Below are positions 12,591 through 23,404 of a DNA stretch of 64,000 nucleotides, one piece after another. This DNA is from Lingula anatina (taxonomy: Eukaryota > Animalia > Brachiopoda): contig CM120646.1 in NCBI GenBank assembly GCA_051362555.1, positions 8,370,001 to 8,434,000 of the forward strand, written 5' to 3'. Below the pieces are notes generated by a model. That model was given only the letters and a program-made list of their open reading frames with translations. It was not told the DNA's origin and did no database searches. The stretch's first letter is position 1. Each line of letters opens with the position of its first letter. The translations under genes and the position numbers were made by a program.

Positions 12591-14758
12591 CTCTCTAATA
12601 ATCTACTAAGAGATGGATTATTACAAGAAACGCAAAATTTTTAGGGAAAAACATTGACTAACTTCGAATGTCGGAACTAACCCATTATCATGGAAAAGTA
12701 TATGTATGGAAAAAGGATTCTCTTTTTATCGTCATCGGTAAAAAAAAAACCTGTTCCCGTATTGAAATCGTGCTTTCGGCCGTCAGACTAGACCGACGTT
12801 TTAAAACTAATGTTTTAACTTAAAATATTCACAGATGTATCTAGAAGGCACAAAAAGCCATAACATGAATAAGGTATTAGAATAGTACACCGTGAATGCG
12901 ATCACAGCTGCCCGGGAAGACTATCAAACACTGGGCTTAGATTTATTCATTTATATTTTATTATTTTATAGTTATATATATTTTCTCCTACACTCTCACA
13001 CACTCCCATTCACGCACCCTCTTCTACACATAAATATATACTGATATATACTCTTTCACTTACATTATTATTATTTTTTTTAATTTTTTATTTATTTATT
13101 TATTTATTTTTTTTTTTTTTTTTTTTTTTTTTGTATATGTATCGCGCAATATGTTTATTTTATTTATTTATATATCTATTTATTTTACTGCATCGCAAAA
13201 TTTAACTTTCTGTGGTGTCATTTAATAAACTGACCAATATCGACGGGGAATGGTTCCCATGAGGACGTATTGACATTTTCTCATTGCTGAGAAGGTATGG
13301 CAACTGCTATCACATTCTCCAATTCCATGAGTCATGTAAGAAGGCGGAGACAAACATCCATGCCGTAAAGGTATAAAATCTCAAAATCACGAAACCTGCC
13401 CAGCATTGCCGGGTAGTCCGTGGAAGGCTTACTATGAAATAGCCAGAGATTCATAATCAGTGGCACGATGTTCAATGCTAAGTCCACTCTCAGCGGCGTG
13501 TTTCTGTTTCTAGTTCTCACAACGGTCACTGGACAAGGAAATGGCATTCACATGCTAGATGCTACAAATTACTGGAGCACCACGCCAACTTTTCAAAACA
13601 CAACGGTTTTGAATTCAACTTTCACCCAAGACAGCACGTCCACTCAAATTAAAACCAGAAATGACGAAAACGCAAATAAAATGTCTACAATTCCTTGGAC
13701 CCCGTCGGACTCTAGTCTTTACCAACCAGAAACAAAAACAGCGATTACCGCGGGATTCAGTCGTCCAGAGGCGTCCACTGGCAAAGCCTCCCACCCTTGG
13801 CTCGGGTTCACAGTTGCATTGTCCTTTCAAAATAGTACCGGACAACACAGCGAGGAACCCGCCCCTATCACTACTACAGTAGCTGGATTCAGTTCGGAAT
13901 CAAATTCAGGGGATGCAGGACTGATTTTTAACCGTACTTTTCCGCCACAGTTCTGCCCAAAAAACCCAGACGAAAGTGTTTTGCTACTGCGATGAATTCT
14001 GCGACGTGTTCAATGATTGCTGTCCGCCGCTTCACACCTGTCCGGAGAGTTCACAAGCCGAAGAGGATCACGGGAAATGGAGGGCGCGAGGGGGACTCGG
14101 ACGAAATAACATTGCTTGTAAGTCACAGTCCACAATACGTTTAAGAGGAGTTGTAAGTCATAACTTTTGGATGATATCAGCGTGTCCAGATGAATGGGGT
14201 AACGACAGCGTTCGTGATAAATGTGAAAATTCAACCAACAGAAATGCCTTCTCCCTGTGTCGGATCCCATCACAAAATTGGCATTTCAAAATCAATACTG
14301 CGCGGAGTGCCACTTTTCTACCAACCCAATCAAGTGGACGTCATATGTCACGTGTTTTTGGCCGGGTACAGTTGAGGGTCTTTCTATTACAAGCGTGACC
14401 GATGTCATGGATCTTTTGAAATCAAGACCGTCGTGTGGGCTACGCTTTGAACCGCCAGCAGATTTACCCGGACGCCCATGTGCACCCAATGGAAACCCAC
14501 CAGCCAGTTTTGTGGCGTGGCAAACCGGGCGACATTGCGGACCGAATGCAGACCCGCGACTTAAAGAGCTGTGTTCCACCGGACCAATGTTAATTACACG
14601 CGTCCAACCGGAATGGCGTCCGGCCTCCTACTTGAGAAACATCTTTTGTTGGCTTTGTGATAAAGACAGCATGATACCGGCGGATATGGATTGTCCAGAA
14701 GAGAGTAAGTTGTAACCGAAATCATATCATATATAAGTATTAACTATCGGGTTATTTA

Positions 14759-17490
14759 GACTCGCAAGCAATGAAAACGCACCACCCATAAAAAGTAAGC
14801 TAATCTATTTGTCTGAAAGGGGTTTTGAAATCTCATTATAACAGGACAATGATAAGGCTTTTTAGCACACATTGGCACAGCGGTACTAAATTTTCATCTT
14901 AAGCCCTGCAAGGTAACGCCTTAAACAAAGCTGGTAGAAATCCAAAAATCACAAACCTCAGTATCTGGTATGCCCACCCATTCGGCTGTTTCACAATCAT
15001 ATTGTTGACCAGTTATTTTTGCCAAAATTAAAAAAAAATCAAACTAAAGATAAAACAGCAGTACTTTAGCCAAAAGGATACAAGTACATGTATTAATCAA
15101 AGATTTTTTTAGAGAAACACAATAGCACGTTTTTTCAGTGGATGCTGGAGCTTGGTTGTGTGTCATTCAGTTTGACTTTCATTCAGACTTTAATTTTAAC
15201 TTTTCTTTCTGTTGCTTGACCTTTTTTATTTATTCATTTTTTTGTTTCAGTCTTGATTCCTGTTTTTGGAGTCTTTTCTTCTTTTTCATCTCTCGTTAAT
15301 TTGCACCTCTTGTTCTACTGTTTTCAGGATTGTTGGGTTTCTGCTTCTCCTTTAACTCTCTGTCAGTATGCCCTAATTTCTTCTCTTTACTTTAGTCTTT
15401 CTTGCTGGGCCAGCCTAGGATGATTCTTCATTTTTTGCTTCTCTTCTATGTTACGTGCATTCAACGTGTAAGGTATTCCGTACGTGCTTCAGCAAGATTA
15501 TCTTTACGGATATTAGCTTTTTGACGTCTTTTTTTCAAATTATTTTTGCTGAAAGTAAAATTTGCAGGATCCCTTTTTCTTTTCCTATTTGGCTTTTTGT
15601 TTATTGTCATCCATATTTGATACTTCATTCACTGAGAGTATAATAAATGTACTGTTAATTATGCATGTATTGAAGTGTTCGTACCGCCTCAAAATATATC
15701 ATATACATTAATCCATAGAATATTAATCCATATTCAGTTTATTATTTTGCAATTAGCTATATTTGGCAATATATTCAAACCAATATTGTTCATTTTGAAT
15801 GCAAAGAGTAGCATCTTTACTGATATTATTTCTTTGCAAAATATCTTGCCTGACTCTAATTAATCAGTGTAACATTATCGAATATATATTTATATACAAT
15901 GTTTTTTCTAAACATCACAAGACATGAATGCATTTTATATAGTCTAAAACAATATTTTGTACCATATTTTGATGTTTTATCATCATTGATAAGTAGCCAG
16001 TTATCCAATGGTTAATGTATAACTTGGGGGTACGGACACTACATTTGGCACCAAATTTTTGCATATCTTTTCATAATAAGGGGTTATGTGCTATTTTCTT
16101 CCTGCAAAATGAATGTCAGTGTAGACATTATAGAATAATAAAATCAGACAGAATATGCTGTGATTCCTAAATAAAACAGATAGGGGGTACGGACACTACA
16201 AAAAGTAGGAGACACCAAGGGGCTCATGATTATAAATACCATAGCATTAATAATAATGGTTACATATGCACAACTCCTTTATTATGTTTAAGTCATAACA
16301 TGGTAAATTCATCTTATTATCACGTAGGTGATTTCAAAGTAATATTTGGCCTTATCAAATATGTTTTTCATTGCATTAACAAAAATAAGTGAAATGTGTA
16401 TCAAAGCCCCTCTCTGCAAAATGGTTAAAATATTTTTTTTCTTAGAACATATCTTTGGATGAATCTGCTAGAAGAGAAGACAGATGTTGTGGGAATTATA
16501 TACCAATATCATATTTACCATAAATCATTGACATAAAGAGCTAGTGCATCATCTTTATGACTTTTTAAAATTAAAATTGCAAATGACCCACCGTAACAGC
16601 TAAAAATAGGTACTTTTTGAACACATAATTGGCTATATTTTTGTAAATTGTGATCCGATTATTATAATTCTTTTTTTATTTTGCTCCTATGAACAGTGTC
16701 TTTGATATTAGTCTATCAGCAATCTCCAACCATATTTTTTTTAATTTATCAGACACTTGTAACATTAACCACATTTAATTGTTCACCCTGATTGTGAAAC
16801 AGCCGATTGCATCGATCACAGCCTGACAACGGCGGCGCATAATGCGGATCAATTGCTGTATTCGATATTGTGGAAAAGCATTCCACTCATCCTCAAGTGC
16901 GTCAAACAGATCCTGACGGCTGTGAATTTGCCGAGCGCCGTTGTACACACAACGTCCAAGCTGGTCCCAAAGGTGCTCAAATGGGTTCAGATCAGGCGAA
17001 AACGCTGGCCATTGAAGCACATTGACGTTGTTATTTGCTAGAAACGCTGTCCTTTAAGCCTGTGGTGAAACCGTTCCTCCAACGTCACCAGGACGTCGCG
17101 ATTTTTCAGCAAGATAACGCAAGGCCGCTTTCAGCTAGAGTGACTACAATCCACAGCCGTCAGGATCTGATTGACGCACTGGTGGATGAGTGGAATGCTA
17201 TTCCACAATATCGAATACAGCGACTGATCCGCAATATGCGCCGCCATGACTGTGATCGATGCAATGGGTGGGCATACCAGATACTGAGGTTTGTGATTTT
17301 TGGATTTCTACCAGCTTTGTTTAAGGCGTTATTTTGCAGAGCTTACGATGAAAATTGTAAGTACGGCGGTGTCAATGTGTGCTTAAATGCCTTATCATTG
17401 TCCTGTTATAATGAGATTTCAAAACCCTTTTCAGATAAATAAATTAGCTTACTTTTTTTATGAGTGGTGCGTTTTCATGGCGTGCGACTA
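14759..17490. mobile_element. Fold-back Tc1-like derivative made of two inverted transposase 3' halves
   Basis: 14759-14982 is the reverse complement of ~17263-17490. The minus arm encodes WPAFSPDLNPFEHLW...MRRRCQAVIDA(MGGHTRY); the plus arm encodes FQQDNARP...EWNAIPQYRIQRLIRNMRR. TA is present at both outer ends. Confidence 0.85.
14983..16805. mobile_element. Non-autonomous TIR DNA transposon nested in the Tc1 arm
   Basis: Perfect 17-bp TIRs cggctgtttcacaatca / tgattgtgaaacagccg. TSD ATT at 14980-14982 and 16806-16808. The empty site cccacccattgcatcgatc is readable in the opposite arm. Confidence 0.88.
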
Positions 17491-18070
17491 TATATGTCAC
17501 TGTTTGTAAATCTGCTACCAAAACATTGCATTATTGAGGTCAAATCCACCACATGATAAAACTTAAGTTGTAACTACCGAATAAATGCCATTTTATTTGT
17601 GTCTAGGCCATTGCATAATAGCTCTCTAAATACATTGCACATGTTCTGTATGTTACATGTTGTTAAATTCGACCGAAGAAAAAACGTAAGATCCCATTAA
17701 TTTGTTGATGATGCCTGATATAATGATGATTAAATAATTTAATAAATTGATGTTGGACATTTGGGATAAAGTGTCTATTAAGTAATTCAAAATATTCTCT
17801 TTGAACTGAATTTGGTATACTTTTGTTCAATATTCAAAGGCTGAAACATAAAGAATTCCTTTGTGCCTCCCAAACCCATGGTATTGATTTTATTTTCAGT
17901 CCCAAGTGGTGGCCGTGGCTTCAGTCCCATAGGCCTTACAATGCTGCTTGATCCCTCAGCCGAACATTCTAAAGCCTGTAAAGAAGTGCGAAAGGTGAGT
18001 TTGTTGTACATCACCATAAGAGAAATTTCAGTTGAAGATGGAAGAAAAACAGGATAGGAAAAATATATTG

Positions 18071-18121
<51 letters not shown>

Positions 18122-18502
18122 ACTTAGAAAACAAATTCAAGATTATCTGGTTGTCCTTGAATCTCCTGCAGTCTTTATCCAAATTATGTTGCTTTAGAGG
18201 ATGGTATTTTTGTACAAAAAACGCCTAGCACTCCATTAAAAAATTAAAAACGAGGTTTCTGAAGGTTCAATTAGTCTATAAACCACGTCTTCGAAGCCAA
18301 TATATCGTGTATGTCGTGTGTGTGCATATCAATCTCTTGGTCTTTTCATTCTACGTATATTCAAGCGCGAAACGGTCTTCAAATATTTTTGAAATAACCA
18401 TTGGATTGCAGTTTGAAACATCTGTGTGGCTTTTTGTAGATTTTTTGTGCTTGGATGTGTTACGGTTTAATTCTGAATTTTAAATTACAAGCAATTTTTG
18501 GG

Positions 18503-18535
<33 letters not shown>

Positions 18536-19036
18536 ATCTGTGTCTTGAACAGAATTTTCAAATGTACATAAATCAGTCAAAGGTAACATTTTTTTAAAAA
18601 TGAAAAGAGACAGCCTCAGGGGTTAGAATTACATTTATTTTATTTTTATTATTTGTTTTTATTTATTTTTCATTGTATTTAATTAAACTGTATTTTTGAA
18701 TTAATAATTTTACAGAGCGTTAAACTTAAAATGTGAACATGTGCATTACGGGCGGAATTTTAAAATATTAATAAACTACTTCATTAACAAAAAAATATTT
18801 TCCTTCTGCCTTTATTTATGTTTTAAGAACTACATAATAATAATATAATAATATATTTATTTCATGTCTAAAATCCATAAAATGTTCAATAGACTGTACA
18901 ACATAAAATACAAAGAAGTTTATAGATAAAAATGGTTAAGATATATATTTTATAAATAAGAGCTAGACTAAATTGTAATAAACTGTCATTAAAAGTAAAA
19001 AATCCAAGGTTTCTTTAAAATTGTAAAATTTAAAAT

Positions 19037-20790
19037 TCATGAATAAAATGTCTTAAAAATATGAGTTTTCGATTCCTTTTTAAAAGATTGTTGGGGTTCT
19101 ATTTGTCTAATAAAAATTGGCAACTTATTCCACTCTACTGGTGCAGCTACACAAAATGATATGTCACCATATGATTTTAACCTTAATTTTGGAACTTTCA
19201 GTAAAAGTTTGTCACCAGACCTCAGGGATCTTTGAGGGCTATAATGTTTGACTAGATCAGTTATATATGGTGGAGCTAGATTATAAAAAGCAGCATGTGT
19301 AAAAACTAAAACCTTAAATAAAATTCTGGCCCTATCTGGTAACCAGTGCAGCTGCTTTAAAATTTGAGTGATATGGCAATCCCTAGGCTGTAGCATTAAA
19401 AGCCGTGCTGAGATATTCTGGATGCGTTGTAATCTTTTGATCTTATCATCTGGACATCCATATAATACAGAATTGCAATAGTCCAGCCTGGAAGTTACCA
19501 ATGAGTGTATAACAGTAGCAGCAGATGATTGATTCAGATATTTCCTTATGGTGCCAATATTCCGAATGTTGATTAAACAAGACCTTGTGATGTTGGAGAT
19601 CTGTTTGTCCATTGAAAGTGTAGAATCTCCTAAATTTTTTACATGGGGGAGGAAAATGCCATACTAGCTCCAATTTTAAGTTGCAAGTTGTGAGCAAGGC
19701 CCTTGTTGTGGGGTTGAGTAATGACTAAAAATTCTGTTTTTCCATCATTTATCTTCAATTTGTTTGAAATGAGCCAACCTCTGAGATCTGATATGCAATC
19801 AACAATGGTATTCGCAGACAATGCTGGATCATGGATGTTACAAGATGTGTACAACTGAGTATCATCTGCATAAAAGTGGTAACCTATCTTATGATAACGC
19901 AGAATTGCTCCAAGGGGTAACGTGTATACACAAAACTTTAGAGGGCCAAGAACGCTTCCCTGAGGAACACCAAATAAAAGCTGAGAGTTCAGAAAGCATT
20001 TATATTAACTTGATTCATTCTCCCAACAAGATAGGATCGTAAAAGATCTAAGGCCTTATCTCTAACTCCTACACTCTGTTCTAGAAATGTCAATAAAATA
20101 TTATGGTCTACCGTATCAAAGGCAGCAGACAACTCTAACAGTACCAAAAACATAGCAGAATGTTTGTCAACGCCACTTAACAAATCATTTTTAATTCTCA
20201 AAAGTGCAGATTCTGTGCTATGATTAAATTTGTAGGCTGACTGCATTTCTTCATGCATTGCTTCTAAATGCTTAAATAGTCTAACTGCTATAACCCTCTC
20301 TACTACCTTAGATAAAAATGACAAATTAAAAACCGGACGATAGTTTACCAGAAGATCTGTGTCAAGGTTGTCCTTTTTGAGTAGTGGGCGAATTATTGCA
20401 GATTTAAACTTTTTTGGAAAAACACCCACAGTGAAACATTTGTTGATAATTTCCACAATCAAATTTATTACAGCCGGAAGAATCTGAACTAATAATGATG
20501 ATGGGATCGGGTCTAACATGCATGATGTCTTTCTGGAACTGTTTATTATCTTTGTTACTTCACAAGTGGTTGTTGGTTCAAACATAGTGATGAGTGACTG
20601 CGGTTCTTGTAAAAGTTCTGACAAAGGTGGATGCGATGACATAGTCACAGTCTTTTCTAATTCAGAAAGTTCAGCGTTGATATTACTGACTTTAGACACA
20701 AAAAAAGCCACTCATGTTATTTGCAAGATCTTTCAGTGAATCTGTTTTGGGGTACTTAGAGCAATTGGTTTTTCCCAGAAAAGTGTTGAC
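19037..20790 (-). mobile_element. 5'-truncated, frameshifted CR1/L2-group LINE reverse transcriptase
   Basis: ORF pieces contain LDPIPS, NYRPVFNLSFLSKVVERV, QSAYKFNHSTESALL, LSAAFDTVDHNILL, FYADD (~19860), [19 protein letters not shown] and LHWLP. Confidence 0.92.
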
Positions 20791-22082
20791 AGTTCTAAAC
20801 ATACGCTAAAATAGTTTTCATTTATCCTCTCCTCATACTAGTCCTATAGCAACCAAATTAAATTGTTTTATGACGTATTCGATGATAAATAAAACCTTTA
20901 TTACAAATCATTATGAACGGAAAATTAGCACATATTGACGGAAATGCAACTGTCCACTGTTACCTGTGTATAACAGATATACATAGAGATTTCGTATAAT
21001 TTCTAAACCGATTCAGATATTTTAAAACTTAAAGAAGATAAAGATTAATATAAATTGAAAAAGTTTTGAAAGATAAAATATACAATTAATACATATTTTG
21101 TATCAGAAAATGCATTCTTACTTATCATTCTTACAAATCATGTTAGTGACATTGTCATCCACTGCACGTGTATAGTTATTAACACAAACCTTGTTTATGA
21201 TGCATGGTTTCTTCAAAGTACTTTCAGTTAATTTGAGTGCAATTTCAGGAAGCTTTTTCACTCCGTTTTGAGTGACGCCGAGTTTATCACCCCCTAGCCG
21301 CTCATAGAGGCGTATCATTCAGTTAATGTGATTGCATTCAGCAAAAGTCCCTGCGGAGTTGGATCGATCTACGTAGATTCATTGGGAATGCGCTTTGTCT
21401 ATATGTTTGGCACTTGGAGATATTTGCTATCCGTGATTTTCCATCCGTATTTGCACATCGTCTTTCAAACTTTCGCAACATTTTTTTAAAACTTATCTTT
21501 CAGGTTTCTTTTAATTAGAGTAGTGCATTAACCATTTCAAAGTAGTTTATCCTTTAAAGAATTCACTAACAAAGAGCAGAGTTTAGAGGTTTTGAGATAA
21601 TTTTCCGTAAATAATGGTAATCAATCACCAATATTTCTCAAGCTTTTCAATTTTTCAAAACCAAACCAAGTCAGAAGCTTAGGGTTGCATTTGTTATTAT
21701 TTGAAAAAAATTGAACAATGCATTTGCTTAGTTTTTGTAGAAAAAGGAACAATTTCAAATGGCAAAATTCCGTCCGTAATGCAAAACGAATGTCACGCTT
21801 GCATTTTAAGATTTGCTGTGGTGTTTCCAGCAAGGTTCTGTTTAAGTTAATCAATCAATTAGTCAATAAATTCTTCATCAAAAGCATACTTTTTGTAGAA
21901 CTTGCACCCCTTCTAAAACAAAATAAGTAACATTACATAGCAAATTTTGGAAGAAACATATCTCCTCTCAAAGCAACAATTATTCCAAAAAACAAAAGGA
22001 GCAGTATGACGGTCTAAACACGTTGACGTCGATTTGTTTGATAGAATATGAACGTTGGAATGGTTTTCTTCCAGGCATCTTG

Positions 22083-22118
<36 letters not shown>

Positions 22119-23034
22119 GAGCCAATGCCAGTCAGTTATTTCATCCCTGATCAACGTGGAGTTTCCTTTCCAAGTGGCTGTCGTCGCCAACGGTGCTTTG
22201 AACTTTTCGGCCTACCGTGGTGTTTGCGCAGCTGTTTATGTACATGCTGATAACTTATTTGTATCAGATCCACCTCTTAATACTTTGGCTCATACACCAT
22301 GGTATTTTAAACGTGGCCGTGGCGTTAATTGCACAGAGATGGTAGAAACACAAAATGGACAAAACACAACCCACAGCGTTGTTGCTATTTGGTCCATGGG
22401 GGTTCACTTGCAGGAAAATATCCAGCAGTACAGAGAGGGTCTCAAGAGGCTCGAATCTTTCAAAGAAGAAATTAACAGAGAGCTGCTCGCCAGAGACGAA
22501 AAGGTTACGTATCGCGGCAAGACGTATCAACTTCGTGTTTTGCTTAATGAGGCTTTGCATTGCGCAGGTGGCACAACAAGGAATGGTTCCATGATCATGA
22601 CTCCAACGGCAACCAATCCAGGAGATTTCCGACGTTCTCGAGGGGAAGTTGCTTTCGCACCACCGACACATGCATTTTTATTTGTGGCATTTTGGTTTTC
22701 AACCTTACCATGAGCATTAAGTGTGAACTAAGCTCCACAGACTGCGCCAAAGCCGTAGAGTCTTAAAACACTTCAACGTGCATTGTTTTATTTTGTCTCC
22801 GTATGATAATTGCATTATGAAGATAATCTTGATAAGAACAAACGCGTAGAACGGAGTATACAATCTGTTTATTAAAAGTTCAATCTCAAACGAATTGATT
22901 ATTTGGTCGGTCAGCTCTGTAACATAAACGTGCTAACTCTGTAAGCCGCCATGCTGGAACACACGTGTATTATTCAAGTCGCTTACAACATTGTAAAATA
23001 AGAGGTGGTCGCTTAAGACAAATAAAATGTTACA

Positions 23035-23045
23035 TCTCCCTCTTT
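23035..23045 (-). promoter_or_regulatory. Polypurine tract
   Basis: AAAGAGGGAGA on the minus strand abutting the 3' LTR. Confidence 0.85.
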
Positions 23046-23404
23046 ATAATCAACTAAGATTAATAAAGTAAATAAAAGCATGTAAATTAAAATAAATTCA
23101 GTTTTTGGTGTTCACAGTTCTTTGTGAGTGTTCACTTTAACTTAAAGTCTTTCAATGTTCAATGTGAGAAGAGCATTCAGAGTCTATGATCTTCTAGTCC
23201 TTTTGTAAATAATTTTTTTTTTTACTTTAACTTAAAATCATTTCATGCTCCACAGAGAATGTCTTTAACAGTCCATTTAAATGAAAGAAAAGAAAAGTCT
23301 TTGGCTGAGTCTTTGCATTATAACTTAAAACTGCTTTAAAGCAAGTCCACATGAAAATCCACATGTAGTATTAAATTAATACTGAATCGTTCACAAAACA
23401 CAAG

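Larger units (their letters stand above)
13468..22713 (+). pseudogene. Signal peptide + S/T-rich + somatomedin-B/Cys-rich ectodomain protein with a GPI-like tail; 3 exons, two frameshifts in exon 1 (pseudogene or assembly indels)
   Basis: Exon 13468-14704 (donor gtaagt) carries a signal peptide, SMB-like FCYCDEFCDVFNDCC, WMISACP and PVSDPITKLAFQNQYCAECH, spread over frame changes near ~13900-13975 and ~14250. Exon 17900-17994 (IPSGGRGFSPIGLTMLLDP...) and exon 22075-22713 (poly-Asp, hydrophobic C-terminus AFLFVAFWFSTLP*) join with consistent phases. Confidence 0.7.

Noticed and set aside
17787-18182. Poly-Lys ORF
   Set aside because: It derives from an intronic poly-T tract antisense to a real exon.
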